Source of the DNA: an uncultured Gammaproteobacteria bacterium
GTDB taxonomy: Bacteria; Patescibacteriota; Microgenomatia; Daviesbacterales; UBA10151
DNA: 64,000 bases
NCBI GenBank assembly: GCA_964636275.1
Contig: CAZWRN010000001.1
Span: 107,724-171,723 of the forward strand
Direction: 5' to 3'
Shown here: positions 1-9,541 of the stretch, piece by piece
Layout: each line of letters starts with the position of its first letter
Numbering within the stretch: position 1 is the stretch's first letter
Position numbers and translations under genes: made by a program
The notes under the pieces: model-generated
Databases searched by the model: none
What the model saw: only the letters and a program-made list of their open reading frames with translations
Told to the model about the DNA's origin: nothing

Positions 1-45
1 AATACACCTTTTTTTAAGAAAGTAGAAAAGCCCTGGGGGTATGAA

Positions 46-405
46 ATGATTTTTACTCCAGAGGATTTACCTTACACTGGGAAGCTAATGCATATTAATG
101 CTGGGAAAAGATTGTCACTTCAGGTGCATGACGTAAAACAAGAGACGCAGATTTTAGTGAGTGGGCAATGCAATTCGATCGTTGAAAATCCACAAGGGGA
201 AATGATCACCTTTGAAATGGAGATGCATAAAGGTTACACCATGATGGTTGGGCAAAAACATCGGTTACAAGCAGTTACCGACTGTGATGTATTTGAAGTT
301 TCAACACCAGAACTTGGAAATACCTATCGTCTGGAAGATGATTATTCGAGAAAAACTGAAACAGAAGAGATGCGTAAAGATCCCAATCGGGGTTGGCAGA
401 GTTAA
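46..405 (+). CDS. cupin-domain protein
   Basis: 119 aa ORF; conserved-His beta-barrel pattern typical of small cupins (family resemblance, not confirmed). Confidence 0.45.
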   Translation: MIFTPEDLPYTGKLMHINAGKRLSLQVHDVKQETQILVSGQCNSIVENPQGEMITFEMEMHKGYTMMVGQKHRLQAVTDCDVFEVSTPELGNTYRLEDDYSRKTETEEMRKDPNRGWQS

Positions 406-969
406 TTAGGTAAAAAGTAGCTTCGGTGTCTGCTTTTTGTAATTTTGATAAGATTCCCCAAAATGTTTTTCTAATAGTGGTTCTTCCGCTTTGATGGATT
501 TATTGAAATACCAATAAATTAATCCAACTGTAATTATTAGATAACTATTTAGAGCGAGGAAAAAGCCAAAGGCTGCAAGTAGTAATCCGGCATATATCGG
601 ATTGCGAGAGTATTTAAAAGGACCTTCGGTATGAAGTTTGGTTTGATAATCTTTATGACCAGTATTGGCTGGTGCCCAGAATTTTCCCATGTAGATTCTT
701 GCCCAGCTAGCAAAGAGAGAGCCTATCATTGTGATTAAAATACCTACAATTGTGACAACATCTTCATACTCAGTAATCAAATAATAATCTTTAAAGTATA
801 AAATAATGGCTAAAATACCTGCTCCCATGGTGATTGTGCCGGTAATCAAGTGCAACGGGTCTTTAATCCAAGAGATCCTTTCTTTAAATGAGCGTGGATC
901 AGTCATACTCCAAATGATGCGTTGTGATGTAAATAAACTAAGAAGGATTAAGGTAACAAAGATCTTCAT
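406..969 (-). CDS. isoprenylcysteine carboxyl methyltransferase (ICMT/PEMT)-family membrane methyltransferase
   Basis: Polytopic membrane ORF; C-terminal 'RNPIYAGLLL..FG' motif characteristic of the ICMT/phospholipid methyltransferase family. Confidence 0.55.
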   Translation of the reverse strand: MKIFVTLILLSLFTSQRIIWSMTDPRSFKERISWIKDPLHLITGTITMGAGILAIILYFKDYYLITEYEDVVTIVGILITMIGSLFASWARIYMGKFWAPANTGHKDYQTKLHTEGPFKYSRNPIYAGLLLAAFGFFLALNSYLIITVGLIYWYFNKSIKAEEPLLEKHFGESYQNYKKQTPKLLFT

Positions 970-980
970 ACTTTTAAAAA

Positions 981-1511
981 TTATCTGCGGTAAAAATAGA
1001 ACTCACCTCCTATTTTATCATCTTTTGTTTTGCGTTCCAGTTTTTTAAATTCTTTCCAATTTGCAAAAGGGAAAGATTGTAAAATTACTACCGAGTTTTT
1101 TTTAAGTTCTTTTTGTAATTTTTCTTCCAATCGGTTTATTCCTTGAGGTAGGAGATAAATGAATACTATGTCTGCAGGGAAATATGCTCTGTCAAATAAA
1201 TTGCCATGGTAAAAATGTGCATTTGGTAATTTTTGCTTCCAGGCTTGGTATCTAGAATACCAAACACGTATCCACGATTGTTCTATTCCATAACTATCCG
1301 CCCCCAATTTCGCAGCTTCTAACACAACTCGGCCATCTCCCGATCCTAGTTCATAAAAGGTTTTGCCTTTTTTGACTCCTGCAGATTTTAAGACTTCATT
1401 AATTTTCCCACTCGCTGTACTTATAAATGGGGCATCTGATCCTGCAAACCAGGATAGTCCCAACAAAGACCCAAAAATTAAAAATAAGGCGATAAAGAGG
1501 GTGTTTTCCAT
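981..1511 (-). CDS. class I SAM-dependent methyltransferase, N-terminal TM anchor
   Basis: 'ELGSGDGRVVLEAAKLGADSYGIE' glycine-rich SAM-binding motif I; N-terminal hydrophobic helix. Confidence 0.6.
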   Translation of the reverse strand: MENTLFIALFLIFGSLLGLSWFAGSDAPFISTASGKINEVLKSAGVKKGKTFYELGSGDGRVVLEAAKLGADSYGIEQSWIRVWYSRYQAWKQKLPNAHFYHGNLFDRAYFPADIVFIYLLPQGINRLEEKLQKELKKNSVVILQSFPFANWKEFKKLERKTKDDKIGGEFYFYRR

Positions 1512-1516
1512 AAGTA

Positions 1517-2524
1517 TTATTTACCAAGAATTTTTAATAAGAAAAATTTTAATTTGGAAAATTTATCTATAGATGTAAAGGCCCAATATAAGGGATCGTT
1601 AATAACCAGATCATAAGTTCCTAAATATTCGACAAGTTTGCCGCCATAACCTGATTTAAAACGGTGGAATCCATACCAGGGATCTTTTGGATCTGGCTCA
1701 GGGCCTAAAGCTCCCCACATATCAAAGCTTTGTAGCCCTTTGGTTTTACCAAATTTAATCACTTCCCAGGCGAGCAGATTGTTGGCCATTACCTCTTTAT
1801 GCTCGATCGAAGACCCCCCGTATGGGTAATAGAGGGTATCCTTAAAGGTATAAAGCATCCAGGCTGACAATGGTTTCTTTTGATAATAAGCGATTGCCAC
1901 CTGAGCCATCCCGGCATCACGTAAAGTTTCCCAGGCCAGGGTATGATACTTTTCGTTGTGACTATGAAAACCTTGTCTTTGTGTGGTGTCAAAGTGAAGT
2001 TTCAAAAAAGCTTTAAAAGCCTTGTCAGTATCAGATATTTCGACCTTCACTCCGCGTTTTTCAGCCAGACGGATGTTATAGCGGGTTTTGGAATGCATAT
2101 TTTTAAGTAATTCTTCTTCTGTGGGGGTAATATCGAGGACAAAATTGTATTTTGTAAACAAAGGTTTAGGTGAGGGTTGGAATTTGGGATAAACTGAGTA
2201 AGGAGCCAGATCGGCTTCAATATTTGGTTCCAGTTTGATGAAAGCGCAGTCATATTCAGCACTTATCTGTTCGAGTGCTTTGGCTAAATCCTTGGTAGGG
2301 AGAGGTCCCTTGGGCATGTAACCTACCTTTTTGCCCAGAAAAGGAATGGAGTGGAGTGTCATCTGAAAAGCAGTTGTTAGCTGGTCATTGGTAAATAGGC
2401 CATAACGGAGTAAAGGTAATCCAAGTTTTTTGCGGAATTCACCCCATTCCCACGATTGAATGACATGAGTTACTGTTTGGTTGTACTGGATACGGTGGGA
2501 ATCATCGAGAAGACGCAGATCCAT
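1517..2524 (-). CDS. FemAB-family peptidoglycan interpeptide-bridge aminoacyltransferase
   Basis: 'HRFKSGYGG', 'MWGALGP' and overall FemX/FemAB-like pattern. Start probably at internal Met (MDLRLLDD); the ORF-track start at 2665 extends over an N-terminal stretch of uncertain reality. Confidence 0.6.
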   Translation of the reverse strand: MDLRLLDDSHRIQYNQTVTHVIQSWEWGEFRKKLGLPLLRYGLFTNDQLTTAFQMTLHSIPFLGKKVGYMPKGPLPTKDLAKALEQISAEYDCAFIKLEPNIEADLAPYSVYPKFQPSPKPLFTKYNFVLDITPTEEELLKNMHSKTRYNIRLAEKRGVKVEISDTDKAFKAFLKLHFDTTQRQGFHSHNEKYHTLAWETLRDAGMAQVAIAYYQKKPLSAWMLYTFKDTLYYPYGGSSIEHKEVMANNLLAWEVIKFGKTKGLQSFDMWGALGPEPDPKDPWYGFHRFKSGYGGKLVEYLGTYDLVINDPLYWAFTSIDKFSKLKFFLLKILGK

Positions 2525-2667
2525 TGCCTTATTGTAGAGCGTAAAGCGTTTAGCGTAAAGCGTGAAGAGGAAGGTAAAAGTTTGGATTTGTTTAGAATTT
2601 AGTATTTTTGACGAAATACAACTCATAGTAGTAATTCTAAGGATTTGATGATATAATAACGTCAATT

Positions 2668-3279
2668 ATGGACGCTGAAAGAAAAAGTTTAGTTGCTACC
2701 GCTTTAGTTGGTTTGGTGGTACTGGCAATTATTGTTGGTTCCATTTATTATTTAATCCAATTTATTCGCAATCGAAATACAACCAATGTAGCAAACAATC
2801 AAGTTGAAGTGAGTGCCTCACCTGTAGCTAGTGGAGGGGTAATAGTTTCACAGGGTGAAAATACCAACCAACCTACCGGTGATGATAAATCTTACAATGC
2901 TGGAGATTTCCAGATTGCTTATCCTAAAAATTGGGGAGTTTTGACTTGTTCAAACTCTTCTAATATTGAGCTAGATCCAACCAATGGTCAGGACAATCTA
3001 AAAGTGGCTTGTTCTACAGCTGTAAAGCCAGTTACTATCATCAAGGATGCTACCGGCTGTGCCAATGGTGAAATGATTGATGTGGGTTCATTTAAAGTTG
3101 TCCGAACTAAAGCTACTGAAGGTGGATACACTCGTTATGAATGGTGCACAAAAACAGTACCAGCTTTGTATATTACTCACCGAGTTTCCAATGACGGATC
3201 TCCTGCTACTTCAAAAGATGATTTTTCCAAACAGGTCGAAGATCTGATCATGAAGCTGACCTTCGCTCGTGGTTCCTAA
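2668..3279 (+). CDS. hypothetical N-terminally anchored exported protein (tandem paralog 1 of 3)
   Basis: N-terminal TM helix; shares 'D(D)KSY...YP.NW/YPEN' motif with the next two ORFs. Confidence 0.45.
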   Translation: MDAERKSLVATALVGLVVLAIIVGSIYYLIQFIRNRNTTNVANNQVEVSASPVASGGVIVSQGENTNQPTGDDKSYNAGDFQIAYPKNWGVLTCSNSSNIELDPTNGQDNLKVACSTAVKPVTIIKDATGCANGEMIDVGSFKVVRTKATEGGYTRYEWCTKTVPALYITHRVSNDGSPATSKDDFSKQVEDLIMKLTFARGS

Positions 3280-3325
3280 TTTCCCAACTCTATACTACCT
3301 ACTAAATACAATATATACTAATATC

Positions 3326-3901
3326 ATGCGTGGTTTTTCTAGTGTATTGTTAATTTTTATTGTCCTTCTGATGGGATTAGGAGTTGTCAGCTACTTTTTT
3401 TATAAACAACAACCAATTTCAGATATTCAGCAAATAAATCCCTCACCTATGATTTCTGAAAGCCCGTCCGTATCTCCTGTAAAGAATGAACAAATGGTCG
3501 ATGATGGTAAATCTTATACTTCAAAAGGTCATCTGTATACTTTTAATTACCCAGAAAACACTCAGAAGGATTTAAAAGTCGGGTGTGGAGGGCCTAAAAT
3601 TAGTCGCGGAAACAGTCAGATTATTGTTTGTGATTATGGTTATGGTGCATCTTCGGGTGCAGCAGAATTAGCAAAAATGTTTAGTCAGGGTAGAAAAGTT
3701 ATTAGCTCAAATGAGGCAACTGTATCAGGTGTTATTGGAACAAAGCTAGTTGTTGATGCTGATGGGAAAGAAGCGACATATTTGTTGTTTGATTATGATA
3801 AAGCCAAAAATGGACAACCTGTGACTGTGAGTATATATTTTTCTGGAGATGATAAAGAGTTGTTAGATGAAGTAATCAAAAGTTTTCAATTTATTCGTTA
3901 A
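3326..3901 (+). CDS. hypothetical exported protein (tandem paralog 2)
   Basis: ATG at 3326 (MRGFSSVLL..) followed by TM helix; 'DDGKSYTSKGHLYTFNYPENTQ' motif shared with neighbours. Confidence 0.45.
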   Translation: MRGFSSVLLIFIVLLMGLGVVSYFFYKQQPISDIQQINPSPMISESPSVSPVKNEQMVDDGKSYTSKGHLYTFNYPENTQKDLKVGCGGPKISRGNSQIIVCDYGYGASSGAAELAKMFSQGRKVISSNEATVSGVIGTKLVVDADGKEATYLLFDYDKAKNGQPVTVSIYFSGDDKELLDEVIKSFQFIR

Positions 3902-4522
3902 ATGCAAAAAGGATTTTCAGTATTGATGTTGGCTTTTCTTGTAGCAATACTGGCCTTGCTGGGCGGGGGGGGATATTATTTTCTTCATCAGCAAAAAATT
4001 GCTTCCATAAATTCATTTGCAGAGTGTAGCCAATATTTTACTGCTGTCGATAATGGGGATGAGCTTAATTGTGATACTCCCAGACAGCGCTTTTCTAAGC
4101 CTGATTTGGAGGAGGTGCCAACTTTACCAGAAGCTTCAATATCTGCCTCTGAGCGAAATCCTGGATGGGTAATGTTTTCAGGTCACACTGCTTATGGTGG
4201 TGAGAAAAAGTTTTCTATAGAATACCCCGGTGAGTGGTATCGGGAAGGTAGGGTTTTATATCCGGATGGTAAAGATGCAGAGTTTAGAGTTTGGCTTGGA
4301 AGTGGTGGGAGAGGAATGGCGGAGCATATAACATCACGGATGGTGAAAAAAAGTTTTAATGGAATTGAAGCGCGCTATTATTGGGATAAATCGCTAGGAT
4401 ACGCTTCCTTTAGCATTGAGAATATTGCCTATATTTTTGAATTTGTGGATATTCCTGAAGGGGAAAATGCTTATTATGAGAAAATTTTTATCAAAATGCT
4501 TAATACTTTTAAAAAAATCTAA
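3902..4522 (+). CDS. hypothetical exported protein (tandem paralog 3)
   Basis: N-terminal TM helix; 'KFSIEYPGEWY' motif; directly abuts paralog 2. Confidence 0.45.
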   Translation: MQKGFSVLMLAFLVAILALLGGGGYYFLHQQKIASINSFAECSQYFTAVDNGDELNCDTPRQRFSKPDLEEVPTLPEASISASERNPGWVMFSGHTAYGGEKKFSIEYPGEWYREGRVLYPDGKDAEFRVWLGSGGRGMAEHITSRMVKKSFNGIEARYYWDKSLGYASFSIENIAYIFEFVDIPEGENAYYEKIFIKMLNTFKKI

Positions 4523-4528
4523 TTAAAC

Positions 4529-5239
4529 TTAACTTCCTGGAGCTTTATCGATCAGATAAATATCAACGTATCTCGCACTCCAGCCGGCTGTTTTAGCATC
4601 GTCAAATCCTAGATCAATAATATTCCCTTTAATAGCCCCACCGGTGTCTCCGGCGACTGCTTTACCATAGCCAGGTACATAGACATTGGAGCGTAGTTTG
4701 ATGACACTGGGATCTACCGCTATCACGCCTTTGCCGGCACGCATGCCGATAGCAGTCCATTCGTTGCAGCCAGCACAGTGTTGGTCGTAGTGAGTGGCGT
4801 AGACACGCATTTTTTTCCAATAGCGGATTTCGCCTTCCGGTGTTTGGAGAGTTTTCCAGACTATTTTAGTGCCACGGCCGATGATTTCTGGGGTAGGTTT
4901 TTCAATTTCAGTTTTAACGGCCACTCGGTCAAATTCTTTACCGTCATAATAGGTAATTTTGATGGTTTTGATCTTTTTACCATCTTTACCTTCCTGAAGC
5001 GTCGTTTCGATGCCAGCTTCAGTTTCTGGATCATCTTTATACTCTTTTTCATATTCTATCTTGGCAGATTCCGTGGCATATTTCTCTTCAAATTTGGTTT
5101 CAGTCTTGACCGGTTGAGTGATCTCGAGTGTTTCTTTGGGATCTAAATTTGGGGGATCAAAAGTCCCGCTTTCAGCGGCAAAGGCGGTCATATTGAGTGT
5201 TAGTAGAGAACTAACAGCCATGTTGACAACTTTATCCAT
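4529..5239 (-). CDS. 3D-domain (MltA/RlpA-like) cell-wall-binding protein
   Basis: C-terminal 'YATHYDQHCAGCNEWTAIGMRAGKGVIAVDPSVIKL..VYVPGYGKAVAGDTGGAIKGNIIDLGFD' matches the 3D domain (three conserved Asp). Signal peptide at internal Met (MDKVVNMAVSSLLTL); the longer track ORF (to 5383) is probably an upstream overcall. Confidence 0.6.
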   Translation of the reverse strand: MDKVVNMAVSSLLTLNMTAFAAESGTFDPPNLDPKETLEITQPVKTETKFEEKYATESAKIEYEKEYKDDPETEAGIETTLQEGKDGKKIKTIKITYYDGKEFDRVAVKTEIEKPTPEIIGRGTKIVWKTLQTPEGEIRYWKKMRVYATHYDQHCAGCNEWTAIGMRAGKGVIAVDPSVIKLRSNVYVPGYGKAVAGDTGGAIKGNIIDLGFDDAKTAGWSARYVDIYLIDKAPGS

Positions 5240-5417
5240 TATTGGTTTAAAAGGTATTTTCTCGAGTATGCACTCGAAAAATAAATATTTTAACTGTAAA
5301 AACTCTACCGGATTGGATGAGAGAATGCAACTTGACAGGTTATGAGTGTGTGAAAATAGTGACACGCAATACGAGATACGCAAAATGAACGATAATTAAT
5401 TGCGTGTTGCCTATTCG

Positions 5418-7364
5418 CTAGCTATTAAGCCAGTCGTCGTCGTCTTTGAGTGCTCGCTTGTCGATATCATCATCAAAACTATCATTGTATTTATCAGACA
5501 GATAGGAATCTGAATCGCGGTAGCTCATATTTTGATCGATCAATCCAGTTGGAATTGATCCAAGAAATCGAGAGGGAATAGCACCGGATCGGGTACCAAA
5601 GTACAAACGGGAACGGGTGTAGGTCATGTAAAGTTTTTCTTTCGCTCGGGTGATCCCAACATAGGCGAGGCGACGTTCTTCTTCCATCTCGGTGGGATTG
5701 AGCATTGAGCGGGAGTGTGGGAAAAGTCCTTCTTCCATGCCAACTAAGAAAACGCTTGGAAACTCTAAACCTTTGGAGGCATGGATGGTCATGAGGGTGA
5801 CTGCTTGTTGCTGCTCTTTCAAAGCTAATCCAGGCATCTGGTTGTCTTGGATCAGGGCAACATTTTCCATAAACTCGACTAAGATAGGAAATTCCTCAGC
5901 TACAGAGCGAAGCTCTTTAACGTTTTCAATTCGCATCTTGCCTTGCTCAGAGCCATCATCCAGATAATTGAGATAGTCTGTCGCAGATAAGATGAGATCT
6001 AGAATGTCTCGGGTAGTCATTCGAGGTTCCTGCACATCATGTTCGGTTTTTTTAGTTTCGCCGAACTCGGATGTTTCGATCGTTTCAGGGATGATTCCAC
6101 TGGTAGCGGTGAGAAAGCGCTGCATCCGGCCTTTACCGATTTTTTCGATTCTTTTTTTAGCTACTGAATCACCAGGATTTTCAACCAGTCGGAGATAGGC
6201 CAAGATATCTTTAATCTCTTTTCTCTGATAAAATTGGACACCACCTACTAAACGATACGGTAATCCTGCTTTAAGGAAAATTTCCTCAATCGAACGAGAC
6301 TGAGCATTGGTTCGATAAAGTACAGCAAAGTCTGACAAAGGTTTGCCAGAATTTTTGACTTCATCTAAGACAAAAATTGCTTCCTCCACTTCATTGCCGG
6401 CTTGGTAAAGAGTGATTTTTGGACCAGATTTTTGTTCAGTCCAAAGTTTTAAAATAGGATGAGATTTATTTTCGGCAATCACAGCATGAGCGGCATCTAA
6501 AATAGTTTGAGTTGATCGATAATTTTGTTCAAGGTTAAAAACTTTGGCTTCGGGGTAATCTTTTTTGAAATTGACGATATTGCGAAAATCAGCTCCTCGG
6601 AAGCCATAAATAGCCTGTGAAGCATCTCCAACAACACAGAGGTTGCGGTATCTTTTGGCCAGTTGCTTGATCAAATTGTATTGAGCAGCATTGGTGTCTT
6701 GGTATTCATCAACCAAGATGTATTTAAACTGTTGTTGGTACTGGGCTAGTTTTTCTGGTTGAGTGTGGAAAAGCTGATTGGTCATCATCAGGAGATCATC
6801 AAAATCCAGAGCCTGGTTGCGACGTAAAATCTTTTGGTACTCGATGTAGACTTTAGCAACTGTTTCCTGGAAATAGCCTCGGGCGTACTGTGGATATTCC
6901 ATTTCAGAGATGAGTTCATTTTTAGCCGAGGAGATGGTATAGCGGATTGAGTTTGGATTAAACTTTTTCTGGTCAATTGCTAACACACTCATAGCCTCTT
7001 TGACGGCATCCTGGGCATCGCCTTCATCATAAATAGAGAAGCCTGGTTTGAGTCCGAGCAAATATCCTTCGCGGCGCAAGATTTTGGCACAGATTGAGTG
7101 GAAAGTTCCCATCAGAGGCTGAACAGAGGTTTTACCAATCAGGTGCAAAATACGCTCTTTCATTTCACCGGCAGCTTTGTTGGTAAAGGTAACTACCATA
7201 ATTTGATCTGCTGGTATTTTTTTTTCAGAGATCAAGTAGGCGACCCGGAAGGTTAAGACACGTGTTTTTCCGGAACCAGCACCAGCTAGAATAAGTTCAG
7301 GACCTTCAGTAGTTTTAGCAGCTTGTTGTTGGATCGGGTTTAGACCATCGAGTAAGTCGGGCAT
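5418..7364 (-). CDS. pcrA: UvrD/PcrA-type ATP-dependent DNA helicase
   Basis: Walker A 'AGAGSGKTRVLT', 'VDEYQDTN', 'GDASQAIYGFRGA', 'TIHASKGLEF' superfamily-1 helicase motifs. Likely start at MPDLLDGLNP. Confidence 0.85.
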   Translation of the reverse strand: MPDLLDGLNPIQQQAAKTTEGPELILAGAGSGKTRVLTFRVAYLISEKKIPADQIMVVTFTNKAAGEMKERILHLIGKTSVQPLMGTFHSICAKILRREGYLLGLKPGFSIYDEGDAQDAVKEAMSVLAIDQKKFNPNSIRYTISSAKNELISEMEYPQYARGYFQETVAKVYIEYQKILRRNQALDFDDLLMMTNQLFHTQPEKLAQYQQQFKYILVDEYQDTNAAQYNLIKQLAKRYRNLCVVGDASQAIYGFRGADFRNIVNFKKDYPEAKVFNLEQNYRSTQTILDAAHAVIAENKSHPILKLWTEQKSGPKITLYQAGNEVEEAIFVLDEVKNSGKPLSDFAVLYRTNAQSRSIEEIFLKAGLPYRLVGGVQFYQRKEIKDILAYLRLVENPGDSVAKKRIEKIGKGRMQRFLTATSGIIPETIETSEFGETKKTEHDVQEPRMTTRDILDLILSATDYLNYLDDGSEQGKMRIENVKELRSVAEEFPILVEFMENVALIQDNQMPGLALKEQQQAVTLMTIHASKGLEFPSVFLVGMEEGLFPHSRSMLNPTEMEEERRLAYVGITRAKEKLYMTYTRSRLYFGTRSGAIPSRFLGSIPTGLIDQNMSYRDSDSYLSDKYNDSFDDDIDKRALKDDDDWLNS

Positions 7365-7468
7365 TAGGAGCTTAGTGTAGCATAAAAAAAAGTCCTTGGG
7401 CGACCAGGTAATGATACTATATATAGTAGCTTGACCATTTAGATTCACAATATGTTAGACTTGCAGCA

Positions 7469-7840
7469 ATGAAAACAAAATACTTACTATTATCTGTAGT
7501 AATTCTCATGGTTATTTTAGCGGGATGGTATATAGTGAAAGAGAAAAGTACAGAAGAGATAAGCAATAAAGATGTTGTTCCTAGCGCAGTAACTGTTGTA
7601 CCAGAGGGTAATTTTAGTTATGAATGCCAAGCTGGGAAAAGTCCTTTTGATGTTTTAGATGAAAAAGCTGAGGTTGAGTATGACGAAAGTTCGTTTGGTA
7701 AATTGGTTACTTCCATAGGTGGAAAGTCACAGGGAGATGGGAAGTATTGGTTGTATTCAATTGATGATAAAGAAGCGACCATGGGAGCATCTGCTTATAT
7801 ATGTAATGGAAGTGAAGAGATTAAATGGGAATTGAAGTAA
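7469..7840 (+). CDS. hypothetical exported protein
   Basis: N-terminal TM/signal segment; no recognisable catalytic motif. Confidence 0.4.
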   Translation: MKTKYLLLSVVILMVILAGWYIVKEKSTEEISNKDVVPSAVTVVPEGNFSYECQAGKSPFDVLDEKAEVEYDESSFGKLVTSIGGKSQGDGKYWLYSIDDKEATMGASAYICNGSEEIKWELK

Positions 7841-7880
7841 TTAGTAAGTAGTCGGTAGGTTGTAGTAAGTAGGTATAGGT

Positions 7881-8411
7881 ATGAATAATTTAAAGATGCT
7901 GCCAGTTTTATTGGTTTTTCTTGGGGTTGCTATGCGACTACTTCCTCATCCTGCCAATTTTGCGCCGATCACTGCAATTGCTTTATTTGGAGGGATGTAT
8001 TTACCTAGAAAGTACGCTTTCATTTTGCCAATTGCTGCCGTTTTTCTGAGTGATCTGTGGTTGGGGTTTGATTTTGGTTCGATGTGGGCAGTGTATGGGA
8101 GCTTTTTGTTGAGTGGATTGATTGGTTTATATATCCGAAAACACAAATGTGTATCTACCGTGGTTTTAGGTTCAGTGACTGCTTCAGTGGCTTTTTTTCT
8201 GATTACCAACTTTGCTGTTTGGATTGGTACTTCGATGTACTCCAAAGATCTCGCTGGATTTATTAATTGCTATGTTGCAGCGATTCCTTTTTATCGGAAT
8301 ACTCTGATGGGAGATTTGTTTTTTACGGGGCTATTTGTCGGGGGATATGAGTTGGTACAGTATTTTCTGAAAGACTTCTACCCAAAGATGTTATCGGGGC
8401 AAGATAAATAA
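7881..8411 (+). CDS. polytopic membrane protein, possibly an ECF-transporter S-component-like protein
   Basis: 5-6 predicted TM helices, 'HPANFAPITAIALFGGMYL' N-terminal helix. Assignment by resemblance only. Confidence 0.35.
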   Translation: MNNLKMLPVLLVFLGVAMRLLPHPANFAPITAIALFGGMYLPRKYAFILPIAAVFLSDLWLGFDFGSMWAVYGSFLLSGLIGLYIRKHKCVSTVVLGSVTASVAFFLITNFAVWIGTSMYSKDLAGFINCYVAAIPFYRNTLMGDLFFTGLFVGGYELVQYFLKDFYPKMLSGQDK

Positions 8412-8675
8412 TCAGAATAACAATACTATTAGTATTATAAAAAAAGCTATTATTTTTCCAAATCTATTGATGATAAAAGGTAGCTGCTTAAGCAGAAAGT
8501 AGATTGGTAAAGTGAAAATGATGCCTGAGCCAATCAATATTATTGGGATGTAATAGATCAATAAAACGAAACTAAATCCAGGAAACCAATCTTTTCCAAA
8601 AAGCACCAGGATAAAAAAACCAATAGCCATTGAGATAAAAAATGATAAGGTTGCTAGACCAATTGTTGCAATCAT
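8412..8675 (-). CDS. small hydrophobic membrane protein
   Basis: 87 aa, three hydrophobic helices; no homology recognised. Confidence 0.3.
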   Translation of the reverse strand: MIATIGLATLSFFISMAIGFFILVLFGKDWFPGFSFVLLIYYIPIILIGSGIIFTLPIYFLLKQLPFIINRFGKIIAFFIILIVLLF

Positions 8676-8765
8676 AAGTACATCTTAGCATAGAGAGATT
8701 GTTTCGTATGACATACAATATCTAGTAGAGATTTACTTAAAGATACTACTAGTCAAAACCAAAAA

Positions 8766-9041
8766 TTGGTGTTACGATATTTGTCCTGTATGGTTACTTT
8801 ACTTGATTTTTGGGCTCCTTGGTGTGGTCCCTGCAAAATAATGAATCCAGTCATAGATGAACTTGAAAAAGAGTTAAAACTTCAGGTTGATCGTATAAAT
8901 GTCGATGAAGCGCCAGATAAAGCCCAGCAGTATGGAGTGATGAGTATTCCCACCTATGTGATTTTAAAAGATGGTAAAGAAGTAGGTCGAAAAATTGGTG
9001 TTACCCCAAAAGCTGAACTCGCCAAACTTCTTCAAAGCTAA
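8766..9041 (+). CDS. trxA: thioredoxin (N-terminally minimal)
   Basis: 'DFWAPWCGPCK' active site, 'MSIPTYVILKDGKEVGRKIG'. About 83-91 aa, lacking the usual beta1/alpha1 segment. Confidence 0.8.
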   Translation: MVLRYLSCMVTLLDFWAPWCGPCKIMNPVIDELEKELKLQVDRINVDEAPDKAQQYGVMSIPTYVILKDGKEVGRKIGVTPKAELAKLLQS

Positions 9042-9065
9042 TTTTCATTTGTTAAAATATCCTTT

Positions 9066-9398
9066 ATGCAGCGGGATGAAGCTTTTTTTAAGCAGGGATT
9101 CAAAAATCGAGTTATTCAAATTAGCCTGCAAATACCACAGGGTAAAGTGACTACTTATGGCTCCATTGCTACTCTGGCTGGAGTTCCGCGTGGAGCTCGG
9201 ATGGTTGGAGGAATTTTACACTACAATTCAGATGAATTTAACTTGCCTTGGCAGAGAGTCGTAAATCGAGTTGGTTTTATTTCGACTAGGTGTGAAGATC
9301 ATCGAAGACAGGAACAAAAAACTATTTTAGAGATGGAGGGGATAGAGGTTGGTGATGACTTCGTGATAGACTTAGACAAGTACGGATGGTGGGGATAA
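9066..9398 (+). CDS. alkyltransferase-like (ATL) protein; MGMT DNA-binding domain with active-site Cys replaced
   Basis: 'TYGSIATLAGVPRGARMVGGIL' HTH and 'LPWQRVVN' in place of the MGMT 'PCHRV' motif (Cys to Trp, as in Atl1/YbaZ, and His to Gln). Confidence 0.65.
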   Translation: MQRDEAFFKQGFKNRVIQISLQIPQGKVTTYGSIATLAGVPRGARMVGGILHYNSDEFNLPWQRVVNRVGFISTRCEDHRRQEQKTILEMEGIEVGDDFVIDLDKYGWWG

Positions 9399-9541
9399 GG
9401 ATAAATTCGAAATCCTAAACCCTAAATTCGAAATAAATTCAAAATATTAAAATTTAAATTATTAAAAACCGTTTTGAATTTTTAAATTTGAATTTAATAT
9501 TTGTTTTTAGATTTCGATATTCGTGCTTTGTATTTAAATTT

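Noticed and set aside
9399-9541. AT-rich 140-nt spacer with AAATTCGAAAT and TTGAATTT direct/mirror repeats upstream of tpiA, considered as a regulatory repeat or origin-like region.
   Set aside because: It is simple low-complexity AT-rich sequence. No DnaA-box clusters (TTATCCACA) and no match to the repeat families seen elsewhere. Most likely an ordinary promoter/UP region.
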